Positions 20,901 through 33,137 of a stretch of DNA of 64,000 bases are shown here, piece after piece; within the stretch, counting starts at the first letter, position 1; each line of letters opens with the position of its first letter. The stretch lies in assembly GCA_963707985.1 (NCBI GenBank), contig CAVPRW010000018.1:160001-224000 (forward strand), written 5' to 3'. Below the pieces are notes generated by a model, which searched no databases, had not been told where the DNA came from, and was given only the letters and a program-made list of their open reading frames with translations. This DNA comes from an uncultured Nitrospinota bacterium (GTDB lineage: Bacteria; Tectomicrobia; Entotheonellia; J063; CAVPRW01). The position numbers were made by a program, and so were the translations under genes.

Positions 20901-21521
20901 GCGCAAGAACTGGCAGAAGAAACGATACAACTCTCAGACATGCATGGATTTGCGCAGTGGTCGGTCGGGGGCCTATTCATGCGTGGTGGGGCGCTGATCG
21001 AGCAGGGATTGGTAGATGAAGGTATGGACCAGCTCCGACAGGCACAGACTGCCTCGCGGGCGATGGGTAAAGAGCTGGCGCAAACCCACATTTTTGTGAG
21101 GCTTGCTAAGGCGTGTTTGCAAGACGAACGAGTTGAGGAGGGCTTGCAGCTGCTGACTGAAGCACTGCATGTCATACACGAAAGTGGCGAGCGCTATCTA
21201 GAAGTAGAGGTGTATCGCCTTAAAGGCGAGCTGTTGCTGCAGCGTTACACAAGGAGCAACAGGGTGTTCGCGCCCCCTCAGCCAGGCCCAGTGCTAGCTG
21301 AGGTAGAAAACTGCTTTCGCCATGGCCTTGCGGTTGCCTGCTCTCAACAGGTGAAATCTCTTCAGCTCCGGACCGCAATGAGTTTGAGTCGCCTGTGGCA
21401 GCAACAGAGCAAACGCACAGAAGCCTACCAGCTATTGGCAGAGGTTTATGCCTGGTTCACCGAAGGATTTGAGACTCAGGACTTACAAGAGGCACAAACA
21501 CTCCTCAAGGCTTTAGTCTGA
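17973..21521 (+). CDS. Double zinc ribbon + class III adenylate/guanylate cyclase + STAND ATPase + TPR protein
   Basis: CPQC/CGEC/CPAC/CSAC; FCDLVDST, YLGDG, RVGIHTG, PNLAARL; Walker A GEAGIGKSRL, VEDLHWID; C-terminal WFTEGFETQDL. Confidence 0.92.
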   Translation: MEGYPQVQARGASTPTLPSGEAAHPLFSAPIPLLYTTPQEGFIACPQCRQENSGMKSLCGECGARLVRVCPACDHAENPHARFCSACGTLLMQLPPVTGPLPSMPQRNPQPAQVKVGGAPSAAQGELEAERRHLTVLFCDLVDSTPLAIHLDLEELREVVRAYHAVCAEVIARFDGYIAQYLGDGLLVYFGYPQAHEDDAQRAVHTGLGIVEALGPLQRRLQKVQEVSLAVRVGIHTGLVVVGDIGDGARHERLALGEAPNLAARLQGLALPDTVLISATTARLVRGWFVCEGLGDQILKGFSAPMPVYRVLGESGVQSRLDTVGASGLTPLVGREQEVALLLQRWGDAKRGLGQVVVLGGEAGIGKSRLLRAVQEGLADEPFTRLECRCLPHAQHSALYPVIDLGRRLLQWQRDEAPDVTLGKLEAALARHGMSLPEVVPLLASLLSLPLSDRYSPPQLTPQRQKQKTLEVILALLRARAAQQPVLFIVEDLHWIDPSTLELLTLFIDQEPMPRILILLTGRPEFHPPWRFGAHVTSLSLGRLPPTQVGQMIERLTGGKRLPAEVRQQVVAKTDGVPLFVEELTKMVLESALLREQADHYELRGSLPSLAIPTTLHDSLMARLDRLPNAKEVAQLGATLGRTFSYELLRAVSPWGEESLQDALRQLIDAELLYRRGVPPHLTYVFKHALIQEAAYQSLLKSKRQQYHQQIVPILEQRFSEIAETQPELLAYHYTEAGLPVQALPYWQRAGQLAIERSANVEAISHFTKGLESLKALPETPERTRQELALQLALGSPLRMIKGETAPEMEGVYTRAYELSQQVGDQQQQFSALVSLSRLYLNRARIQKARELAEQCFTLAQSVQNPILLQEGHRRLGATLFFHGELVAARVHFEQGIALFDVQQGHVRHVSDRVNPSVTCLSYLAWTLWLLGYPDQALNRSCEALSLAHKSSHTYSLVVALHYAAVLRLARREARLAQELAEETIQLSDMHGFAQWSVGGLFMRGGALIEQGLVDEGMDQLRQAQTASRAMGKELAQTHIFVRLAKACLQDERVEEGLQLLTEALHVIHESGERYLEVEVYRLKGELLLQRYTRSNRVFAPPQPGPVLAEVENCFRHGLAVACSQQVKSLQLRTAMSLSRLWQQQSKRTEAYQLLAEVYAWFTEGFETQDLQEAQTLLKALV

Positions 21522-21606
21522 ATTAGCGGCAAGTTGCATCCCTCCACATGTCGCTGTGAGTAAGGTGAGCTAGGGAGAAAGCGATGTGCACTGTGAGGAA
21601 AGCGCC

Positions 21607-24600
21607 ATGTCTCATGTCGAACCTGTGCCCCACACCCTAAACGCCCCTCAGCACTTGTGTATCTCACATTTGCTGCATAATCAAGCGACGCGCATCCCGG
21701 ATGCGCCGGCGATCCTTGCCCCAGGACGTATGCCGCTGACATACTGGCGTTTACACAGGCAGGTGGACGATATTGTTGAGATGTTGCATTCTCTCGGACT
21801 CGGTCGCAACGACCGGGTTGCTCTCGTATTACCCAATGGTCCAGAGATGGCTGTCGCCTTTCTTGCCGTAGCGGCTGGGACGACTTGCGCCCCCCTTAAT
21901 CCGGACTATAGCGCCGACGAGTTTGACTTCTATTTGACTGAGTTACGACCGCAAGCATTGGTGATCCAGGTAGAGATGGACTCGCCTGCTCGCACCGTCG
22001 CACACGCCCATGGTGTGCCTGTTATCGAGGTCTCCCCCACGCGTGAGGCCGAGGCAGGAATCTTCACGGTGGCAGGCAGAGAGCAGCGACGTCATACGCT
22101 GCATAGGTTTGCCACCCCCGATGATGTCGCACTCCTCATCGCTACCGGAGGAACGACATCACGATCGAAAATTGTGCCGTTGACTCATGCTAATATCTGT
22201 ACCGCAGCACATAACATGCGTATTGCATTGGCCCTGGTCGAGCGGGACCGATGCCTGAACGTGCTACCTCTGTTTCATACGCACGCACTCCTCACGACGT
22301 TCATGGTCTCCCTGGTAGCCGGCGCCAGTATTGTGTGTGCCCCTGGCTTTGATGTCCACACCTTCTTTACCTGGCTGGACGAGTTTCGTCCAAGCTGGTA
22401 CACCGCAGTACCTGCCATCCATCAAGCGATCCTGGCCCAGGCGGCTCCGCACAACAATCTCATTACACGGTGCTCCCTACGATTCATCCGCTCAGCCTCT
22501 GCGGTGCTGCCGCTGCCAGTGCATGCGGAGCTAGCCAGGGTGTTCAAGACACAGGTGATCGAGACGTACGGAATGACAGAGGCCTCCGGTCATGTCACTT
22601 GTAATCCACCACCACGACAGCAGTGGAAGATCGGCTCGGTAGGGATTGCAGTGGGTCCGGAAGTGGCCATTATGGACGAACATGGCACCCTGCTGCCCCT
22701 AGGGCACACCGGCGAAATCGTGGTGCGAGGGGCGACCGTCATGCACGGTTACTTGAACGATCCCACGGCCAACCAACATGCTTTCGCCCATGGCTGGTTC
22801 CGATCGGGTGACCAAGGGTATCTCGACGGTGACGGCTATCTGTTTATCACCGGACGCCTTAAGGACCTCATTAATCGGGGTGGGGAAAAAATCGCGCCGC
22901 AGGAAGTCGAAGCCATCCTCATGGATCACCCTGCAGTAGCCCAAGCAGTTGTCTTTGCAGCGCCCCACACCCGACTGGACGAAGATATCGCTGCGGCTGT
23001 TGTGCTGCACCAGCATGCTGTGGCTACGGCACAAGACATACGACTGTTCGCCGCCAGGCGACTGACTGACTCGAAGGTCCCACGCCAGGTACACATTGTG
23101 GCAGAACTCCCGAGCACCCCGACTGGCAAGCTGCAGCGCCTTGGTTTGGCTGAGAAGCTTGGCCTAACGGTCTCCGGCCCGGAACCGATTATGAGACGCG
23201 TGGGATACACGGTCCCCAATACGCCAATGGAAGAGGTGCTGTCAAGGCTTTGGGCCGAGGTGTTCGGTCTCACAAGGGTGGGGGTTAATGACGACTTCTT
23301 CCTGTTGGGGGGAGATTCGCTGCTGGCTATGCAACTCATCTCCCGCGTGCGTGGAATCTGGCATGTTGAGTTATCCTTCCGCAGCTTTTTTGAGATGCCG
23401 ACGGTGGCAGAGATGGCCAGGAAGATCGAGACAGCACCTCAGGCTCCATCGCCCGCAGTGGTTCCGCCCCTGAAGACGGTGGCTAGAGACAGAGTGTGTC
23501 CCCTGTCCTCTGCCCAACGGCGCCTGTGGTTCCTTGAGCAATTGGAGCCCAGTCGTGCGGTCTATAACCTGCCCCTCGCCTGGCGCTTGGGCGGCGACCT
23601 TAATGTGGCGGCCCTAGAACAAAGCCTGGGTGAGATGGTGCGGCGCCACGAAATCCTCCGCACCACTTTTGCATCGGTGGATGGACAACCCGTGCAGGTG
23701 ATCGCGTCAAACCAGGTATTGCCTTGGTCTGCGCTGGACCTTCAGACCCACCCAGCAGGCGAACGCGAGGCGGCAGTCCAGCGCCTGGCGACAGAGGAAG
23801 CACGGCGTCCGTTTGACCTGGTTCACGGGCCTTTGATGCGCGTCACCTTGCTGCGCCTGAGCGATGAAGATCACGTGCTGCTATTGACGCTGCACCACAT
23901 CATCTTCGACGGTTGGTCCGCTGAGGTCTTCTGGCGCGAATTGGCAACTCTCTATACCGCCATCTGCGCCGGGCAACCCCTATCGCTTCCTGCCCTTCCC
24001 CTCCAGTACGCCGATTTTGCGGTCTGGCAAGCCCAGTGGCTGCAGGGTGAAGTATTGGAGGCTGAGCTCGCTTACTGGAAACAACGCTTGGGCGATAATT
24101 TCCCTCATCTGGAGTTACCCACTGACCGGCCACGGCCACTCATCCAAACCTTCCAGGGAGGGCGGCAATCCCTTGCACTGCCTGTATCCCTGACCGCCGC
24201 TCTCAAGGCCCTGAGCCAGCGGGAAGAGGCCACGCTGTTCATGACGCTGGTCGCGGCTTTCCAGACGTTGCTTTACCACTACACTGGGCAAAACGACCTG
24301 GTTGTGGGCACGCCTGTTGCGGGTCGCATACGTGTCGAGACCGAGGGCCTGCTGGGATTCTTTGTCAACACCCTGGTTCTGCGCACAGATCTCGGTGGCA
24401 ATCCGCGTTTTTGCGAGCTGGTCAGGCGGGTTCGTGAGGTCACGTTAGGGGCGTACGAACATCAGGACCTGCCTTTTGAGAAATTGGTGGAGGCCCTGCA
24501 ACCGGTACGCGACTTGAGCCGCAATCCGCTCGTCCAGGTGGTAGTCGCCCTCGAAGCGCCTCAGCAAAGGGTTGAGGCGCTTCGAGGACTGACTGTGCAC

Positions 24601-27600
24601 CGAGTCACTATCGACCCTGGCACGGCCAAGTTTGACCTGGCTATGGTCGTCCGGGACACCGATCAGGGACTGCTGGCAACGGCTGAATATAACACCGACC
24701 TTTTTGACCAGACCACGATCACCCGCATGTTAGGCCATTTCCAAATCCTACTGGAGCGCATTATTGCCAACCCGGAACAGCGCCTCGCCGATTTACCGCT
24801 GCTAACCTCGGCCGAAAGACAGCAGCTCATGGCAATGTGGAACACCACTCTTATGGATTACCTGCAGGATACCTGTCTCCATACGCTGTTTGAGGCGCAG
24901 GCGGAGCGGACTCCTGAGGCTATAGCTGTGGTCTGCGATGGGTGGCAGTTGACTTATCGGGTGCTGAATCAGCGGGCCAACCAGCTGGCCCATCACCTAC
25001 GAACTTTGGGGGTGGGGCCGGAGGTAGGCGTTGGCCTCTGTATGGAGCGCTCGCTGGAGATGGTGATAGGGTTGCTGGGGATTCTCAAGGCTGGAGGGGC
25101 CTATGTGCCCTTAGATCCGAATTACCCCATCGAGCGCCTTGCTACCATGATGGTGGACGCCCAAGTGGTCATGCTAGTATCACAGCAGCAGTGCATGGCC
25201 GCGCTGTCTGCCCTGGGAGTACAGATCGTCTGCTTGGATATGGATTGGGGGCGGATTGCACAACGGAGCACAGCAAATCCCGTTAATGGGGTAACGCCCA
25301 CGAGCCTAGCGTATGTGATGTATACCTCGGGATCGACTGGGGCACCTAAAGGGGTGATGGTCGAACATCGCCAAGTGCTGGCCTTCTTGCACGGTTTTGA
25401 GTACATCGCTCCCGGTGGGGAGGGATGTATTGGCACGGCGGTCTGCCCATTAGGCTTCGATGTCTCAGTATGGGAATGCTTCTCGATGCTATGCTTTGGA
25501 GGCACACTGCACATTGTACCGCCGGAAATCCTGACTGATGCCGAGCGCTTTGCGCATTACGTGGTGGACCATCGCGTCAGCAGTGCTTATCTCCCCCCTA
25601 CGCTATTGCCCGACATCGCTAAAGACCTTGAGCAGCATGATCAAATGGTGCTCAATCGCCTCCTTGTAGGAGTTGAGCCCATCCCACAAGGTATGTTGCA
25701 ACGTTTTCGCGACCTTTCCGAGCAGATGCAAATTGTAAACGGGTATGGCCCCACCGAAACGACTGTCTGTGCCACGCTATTTCCCTTCTGCTCGGCAATA
25801 GAGTCAGACCGCCGGACACCAATTGGTACCAAGGTCCGTGGCTATGAAGTGTACCTCGTCGATGCTAGTATGCAACCCATCCCCATAGGGATTCCCGGTG
25901 AACTCCTCATTGGCGGAGCTGGGCTCGCACGGGGGTATATCAACCATCCCGAACTCACCGCTGAGCACTTTATGCCCCATCCCTTCAGCAATGTCCCAGA
26001 TACACGCCTCTACAAAACCGGCGATTGGGCCCGCTATCTGCCGGATGGCAATTTAGAGTTTTTAGGTCGTCGCGATCAGCAAGTGAAGATTCACGGCCAC
26101 CGTATTGAGTTAGAGGAAATCGAATTGGCGTTGAGGCAACACCCAGCAGTGCAGGACACAGTGGTCTTAGCCCGGGAGGACACGCGTCCCAGCGACAAGC
26201 GCCTAGCGGCCTATCTCGTTGTCAACCAGAAACCAGCTCCTACCCCACGAACCTTGCGCATCTTCTTGCAGCAGAAGCTGCCTGCCTACATGGTACCCTC
26301 TACCTTTGTGGTACTTGAGGCGTTCCCCCGGACTCTCAATGGCAAGCTCAATCGGCAGGCACTACCCATACCTGATACGACGCCATCGCTAATCCCAGCG
26401 ACATTTGTCGCTCCACGCACGCCAGTGGAACGCACGCTTGCCAGCATCTGGGCTGCTGTACTGGGGCTGGAACGAGTTGGCGTGTACGACAACTTCTTCG
26501 AGCTCGGTGGTGATTCGATCGTGGGCATTCAGGTCGTTGCCAAGGGAAACCGTGCAGGGCTTCGGCTCATCCCTAAAGACCTATTTCAGTACCAGACGGT
26601 TGCCGAATTGGCGGCGGTCGCAGGTTCGCTCCCAGCCATCCAGGCGGAACCTAGTCCGAGTACCAGTCTAGTCACCGCTACGCCAGGTCAGCGTGGGTTC
26701 TTCGCACAAGAGTGGCCTGAGGGGAGTGCAGAGAGCATTGAGGCGGTCTATCCCCTCTCGCCTATGCAACAGGGCATACTCTTTCACACGTTGTACGCCT
26801 TGGAGCCAGGAATGTATAGTGCGCAGTGGAGCTGCACCTTGCATGGCGATCTGAACGTTTCGGCCTTCAAGCGAGCCTGGCAGCGCGTCGTGGATCGGCA
26901 CGCTGTCTTGCGTACTGCTTTCTATTGGGAGGCCCAGAATGAGCCGTTTCAGGTCGTGTATCGGCAGGTAGAACTCCCCTGGAGGCAGCACGACTGGCGG
27001 AGCCTGTCCATGGTCGAGCAGGAATGGCAGCTTGAGGCTTTCCTGGGAGGAGATCGGGGGCAAGGCTTTGAGATTTCCACAGCCCCATTGATGCGTCTAG
27101 CCCTAATCCAATTGACCGAGAACACCTATCAATGTGTCTGGTCCCTACATCACTTGCTGTTGGATGGGTGGTCTCTGCCCCTATTGCTGCGAGAAGTCTT
27201 GGGGTTTTATGAGGCTTTCCGCCTGGGTCAGGAGCTGCACCTGGACGTGAGCCGCCCATATCAGGACTACATCGCCTGGCTGCAGCAGCAGGATTTATCT
27301 CAGGCTGAGCAATTCTGGCGGCAGACGCTCAAGGGCTTTAGCGCACCGACGGCTCTGAATGTTAGGCAAGATCAAAACAGCTCCTCCGGCGAGGGAGCCA
27401 GCTACGCCGAGCAGCAGATACGACTGTCAGTAGATGCAACGGCTGCGCTGCAGGCGCTGGCACAACAACACCATCTGAGCCTGAACACGCTCATGCAGGG
27501 CGCATGGGCTATGCTCCTGAGCCGCTACAGTGGCCAGCAAGACGTGGTGTTCGGGGCCACCGTTGCCAGTCGGCCAACGGACTTGGGAGGGATCGAGTCT

Positions 27601-30600
27601 ATGATCGGGCTCTGTATCAATACCCTCCCAGTCCGGGTGCGGATCAGTCCAGAGGCATTGCTTCTCCCCTGGTTACAGGAACTCCAAAGCCAACAAGTGG
27701 AGACGCGCCAATATATGCATACTCCCCTCGTGCAGGTACAAGGATGGAGTGACGTGCCGCCAGGGCTGCCCCTGTTTGAGAGTCTCCTGGTCTTTCAGAA
27801 CAATCCGGCGCGTACCTCTGTACAGGAAGGGAGCGCTATCCTGGAAATCCGCCATGGGCGTTTTGTTTCAAGCACGCACTATCCGCTTACCGTGGTGGCG
27901 CTACCGGGGCCGGAATTGGGGTTACGGATTGGTTACCAGCGCCATCGCTTCGATACCGCCAGTATTGCTCAGATGCTCGGACATCTGCGGACACTGCTGG
28001 AAGGTATGATTGCTAATCCGGCACGGCGACTCGCCGACCTGCCGGTGTTAACTGCGGCAGAGCGCCATCAACAGCTGGTGGAGTGGAATGACACCTCTTC
28101 GGCGTATCCCCAGGACACCTGTATCCCGCAGTGGTTTGAGGCCCAGGTGACACACACGCCGGATGCTGTGGCTGTGGTGTTTGAAGATCAGACATTGACA
28201 TACCAAGAGCTCAATATCCGAGCCAATCAGTTGGCGCACCACCTGCAAGCCTTAGGAGTTGGACCAGAGGTACTGGTGGGCCTCTATGTTGAGCGCTCCT
28301 TAGAGATGGTGGTGGGACTCCTTGGCATCATCAAAGCGGGAGGAGCCTATGTTCCCCTCGACCCGGCTTATCCTCAGGAGCGCCTAACTTTCATCCTGAG
28401 GGATGCGCAGATACCAGTGTTGCTATCTCAACAGCGGTTGATCGCAGGGCTCGTCGTGCATCAGACGCACGTTGTGTGCCTGGACACAGACTGGAAATTC
28501 ATTGCCCAGGAAAGCAGAACAAATCCCATCAATAAGGCGAGCCCCGACAATCTGATCTATGTCATTTATACCTCGGGATCCACGGGGATACCCAAGGGAG
28601 TTGCTGTCGGGCACCGGCAACTCTGCAACTATCTGCATGGTGTCTTGAAGCATCCGGGACTGCCGAACTCCGTCAGCTTCGCAACGGTCTCCACTCTTGC
28701 TGCAGATTTGGGCAATACCACGGTCTATGTCTCCTTGTGTACCGGTGGGTGCCTCCATATACTCTCCCAGGAACAAGTGGTTGACCCCTACGCCCTAGCT
28801 GATTACTTGAGACGCCATTCCATCGATTGTCTCAAGATCGTTCCCTCTCACCTCGCAGCTCTGCAAACCTCTCCGCACCCAGAGCGAGTATTACCGCGTC
28901 GACTACTGATCCTGGGCGGTGAAGCTTCCCATTCAGACTGGGTAGAAAGTCTGCGAAAGCTGGCTCCCGACTGCACCATCCTCAATCACTACGGCCCAAC
29001 GGAAGCGACCGTGGGAGTCCTAACCTATCGGGTGGATGAAGACCGACACCTGCCTGGGAGGTCGACGCTCCCCCTCGGCCGTCCTTTAGCCAACGTGCAG
29101 ATCTATCTGTTGGATCAGCACCTGCAACCTGTGCCCGTTGGCGTGCAGAGTGAGTTGTACATCGGCGGTGCCAGTCTCGCGCGGGGTTACCTCAATCGGC
29201 CTGAGCTGACCGCCGAGAACTTCGTTCCCCATCCATTCAGCAAGCAGCCGGGCACGCGGCTCTACAAGACTGGGGACATGGCCCGTTACCTGCCGGACGG
29301 CAACTTGGAGTTCCTTGGGCGCATTGACCACCAAGTCAAGATCCGTGGCTACCGGATCGAACTGGGGGAGATCGAGGCAATATTGGAAAACCATCCAGCC
29401 ATATCGGCAGGCTGTCGTCCTGGCACGGGAGGACCCTCCCGGTGATAAACGCCTAGTGGTGTACTGCGTCCCACACGACGGGTTTATCCCTGATAGCCGC
29501 GAGCTGCGTAGTTTCCTCGAAACAACACTGCCCCACTACATGGTGCCGGCAGCTTTTGTAGTGCTCGACACCTTGCCTCTGACACCGAATGGTAAAATAG
29601 ACCGCCAGGCGCTTCCAGCGCCTGACCCGATACGGCCGCAGCTAGGCGAGGACTTTGTTGCCCCTCGCACCCCCACAGAAGATCTCTTGGCAGGTATCTG
29701 GGCGCATGTACTTGGGGTTGAAGCCGTCGGCATACACGACAATTTCTTCGCCCTAGGAGGTCACTCCCTATTAGCCATGCGGGTGATATCGCGCCTTCGT
29801 CAAGTGTTCCAGGGGGATGTGTCACTGCGGGCACTGTTTGATGCGCCGACGGTGGCAAGCCTAGCACGACGTGTTGAAGAGGTCCGCCAGGCAGGGCAGA
29901 GTACGCCCGCCCTTCCCCTGCATGCCGTGACACGGGAGGGGCTGGTACCACTCACCATGATCCAGGAACATCTCTGGGCGCTCGACCAGCTGCTACCTGG
30001 TGCCCCCTTCTCAAACATGCCGTATGCGGCGCGACTGACGGGGTCCCTCAACGTGACCGCTTTGGAGCAAAGCTTCAACGCTATAATCCAACGCCACGAA
30101 ACGCTGCGCACCACTTTTACGACCGTCGCAGAAAAACCGGTACAGGTGATCGCTCCAACCTTGCACCTACCCCTCGAAATGGACGACCTCCGCGCCCTGC
30201 CCGAGGCCGCTAGGGAAGCCGCAGCGCGCCAACTGATCCGAGCAGAAGTGCTATACCCGTTCGACCTGGAAAAGGGCCCCCTACTCCAGGCGCGTCTGCT
30301 ACGACTCGGAGAGGAGGCGCATATCCTCCTCCTGACCATGCATCACATCATCAGTGATGGCTGGTCGTGGGGTGTGCTCCTCCATGAATTAGCGGTGCTC
30401 TATGAGGCCTTTAGCCGGGGCCAGCCGTCGCCGCTGCCAGAGTTACCCATGCAGTATGCGCATTATGCCCACTGGCAGCGCCAGTGGTTGCACAGCGAGC
30501 CAGGGAAAGCCCAGCTCGCCTATTGGATGCAGCAATTGCATGCCCCCTTACCCGTACTCAACCTGCCTACGAACCGCCCACGCACGGCAGCATTGAGCTT

Positions 30601-31213
30601 ACATACAGCCCGCCAACCCTTCCAGATCCCAAAAGAGCTCACGGTTGCCCTCACCCGTCTGAGTCAGCAAGAAAGCGCCACTGTATTTATGACCTTGGTT
30701 GCTGCCCTAAAGACACTGTTATTTAGCTACACAGGGCAGGAAGACATCCGTGTGGGTACTCTCGTGGCCAACCGGCAGCACCAGGACACCGAGGGGCTGA
30801 TTGGCCTGTTTGCCAATCTGGCCATCCTGCGCACAACGCTTGGCGGGAATCCCTCCTTGCGCCAGGTGCTCCAGCGTGTGCGCACCACAACGCTAGACGC
30901 CTATGCCCATCAGGACATGCCCTTCGAGTATCTCGCACGCGCGTTAGTACACGAACGTCAGTGTGATCGTCAGTCACTCTTTCAAGTGATGTTCGCTCTG
31001 CAGAATGCTCGTCAGCACACGCTGGTACTGCCAGCCTTAGCCATCGAAGTGCTGGAGACACAACCCGTGGAGGCCAGCACCTGTGAGCTGGCCGTGTCAA
31101 TCCGTGAAACCCCACAAGGACTGGAGGGGGTATGCATCTATCAAACAGCGCGATTCGACGCGCCTACCATCACCCGACTGCTCGAGGATTACCAGCAGGT
31201 ACTTGAGTGCCTT
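21607..31213 (+). CDS. Non-ribosomal peptide synthetase: acyl-CoA ligase-T-C-A-T-C-A-T-C (frameshift near 29404; 3' end interrupted by IS3)
   Basis: Ligase motifs TGGTTSRSK and YGMTEA; carrier domains GGDSL, GGDSI, GGHSL; C domains HHIIFDG, HHLLLDG, HHIISDG; A domains YTSGSTG, YGPTE, YKTGD. The HPAI/RQAVVLARED junction is split by one extra base. Confidence 0.93.
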
Positions 31214-32477
31214 TGTGATGGTCAAGTAAAAACGGACACTGAGTTAAGCTACTCTGGCCAACCGTTCGAAATCATTCGGACTGACATACCCCAAATACGA
31301 ATGTAACCGATTGCTGTTGTAGAACATCTCGATGTAGTCAATCACATCATCCCACGCCTCCTGGCGGGTGGCATAGTGACGGAGCGACGTGCGCTCACCC
31401 TTGAGACTGCCAAAGAACCGCTCGGCCACGGCATTGTCCAGGCAATCGCCCTTGCGACTCATACTACAGCGCATGCCGGACGCCGCCAGCAAGGCTTGAT
31501 AGGTTCCACACGCATATTGACTCCCGCGATCCGAATGATGGATCATCCCGGCGGCGGGCTGGCGACGCCCCAACGCCATCTCTAAGGCTGCCTGCACGAG
31601 GGCGGCATCCACGTGCTGACTCATCGCCCAGCCCACGACTTTGCGGGAATACAAATCCAGCAGCACGCCAAGGTACAACCACCCCTCGGCTGTCCGACAT
31701 ATAGGTCCATATCTCCGACCCACACCTGATTGGGCTTCTCCACCGCGAATTGGCGTGCCACGAGATTGGGGGCCACCGGATAGCCATGCCGACTATCGGT
31801 CGTGACAGGATGACGCTGCTTGCGACGCTGGACCGTGACCTTGGCCTGCCGCATCAACCGCCGCGCTTTATAGCGGCCCACGGCAATACCATCGGCCTGG
31901 AGTTGCTTCGCCATGCGGCGGCTCCCATAGGTGTGCCGTGTCTCCACGGCGATAGCCTGCACCCGAGTCAAGAGGGCCGACCTCTTCAGCCCCTCCATCA
32001 GTCGAAGTTTGGCGCTGCACATACGCATAAAATCCGCTGCGACTGACCTGCATTTACCTCACCCATGACGGATACCGGCCATTGCGCCTGGTGCTGAGCC
32101 ATAAAGGCATACCTCAGCTCAACTCGTTGGCAAAGAAGGCTGCCGCTTTTTTTAAAATCTCCCGCTCCAGCCGGAGACGCTTGTTTTCCTCCCGCAGACG
32201 GTGGAGCTCTTCGTGTTCGGGCAACAAACGACCCTTCCCAGGGAAGGCCCTGTCCTCTCGGGTCTCTTGTTCGCGTTTCCAGCGCCCGAGCATCGTGGCG
32301 TTGATCCCCAAATTCCGTGCGGCTTCGGCAACACCGTAGCCATGAACCGTCACGAGGCGGACTGCCTCATGCTTGAATTCTGCCGTATACGTTTGATGTT
32401 CTCTGCGGCATTGGATTCACCTCCTTGGCCTACTTACACTCTTGTCGAAGTGTCCGTTCCTAGTAAACCACCAAACA
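31214..32477 (-). mobile_element. IS3-family insertion sequence (~1.26 kb)
   Basis: Imperfect IRs TGATGGTCAAGTAAAAACGGACACT (from 31216) and the reverse complement TGGTGGTTTACTAGGAACGGACACT (to 32473), 19/25 identical. orfA/orfB organisation with an A7G slippery run at 32146-32153. Flanks CTT/CTC. Ends uncertain by 2-4 bp. Confidence 0.92.
31244..32411 (-). pseudogene. IS3 transposase orfA/orfB with several frameshifts
   Basis: orfA YTAEFKHEAVRLV...EREILKKAAAFFA; orfB YGSRRM, VWVGD, WLYL, HHSDRGSQY, DNAVAERFF (DDE) spread over multiple frames. Confidence 0.88.
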
Positions 32478-32710
32478 CTCATTGCTCAGCCAAGCTGCGA
32501 CTGGTAACTTTCCGCACCCAACACAAGGCAGGAAGTTAATCGGTGTGCCAGCGCACTGTAGGAGTCAGGTCTATGAGGTATCAAAATGCTTGCTATAGCG
32601 ACTGTACCCTTATATGCTATTGCTTTATCATGGGTGTATGGGCGGCATAGTTAGCATGACCGACACCCACCATTGTACGATCCTATAACCGCCATAGGGA
32701 GGATGACACT

Positions 32711-33137
32711 GTGGCTATACCGCTAGGTACACCATCATTGTTGTTAACGCTACTCAAGGACGTCCAGGTTGCGCCGTCCCAATATTTCAATTCCTTCGGT
32801 ATTGATCCGAGCATCGCTCCAACCGTCCAGCGGAACATCGACGATGTGGTCGGGGCTCTAGATCCACGACCATTCCGGCGGAATCTGATAAAGGATGTTG
32901 CGCAGGAGGAGCTTTATGACGTTTTATATGAAGTAATAGAAAAAGAGTATGAGAATCCAGGGCAGGATTCCAGAGAATCTAGTCTTAAATAGTGCAATTG
33001 GTATGGCGCTTGAGGATGCAATAAGGCAGGCCTCCGTTAGAGAAGCTAATAATCAGAAAGTCCAAGGTGATGATAGTATATTAAAATTGCGTGATGTACT
33101 GAGGGGAAAAATAGTCAAAGCTCTCGAGCCAAAATAG
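32711..33137 (+). CDS. Small AT-rich hypothetical protein, probably one gene split by a frameshift near 32950
   Basis: GTG 32711 after GGGAGG. Overlapping ORFs 32711..32992 and 32949..33137 both read as helical protein-like sequence. Confidence 0.55.
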
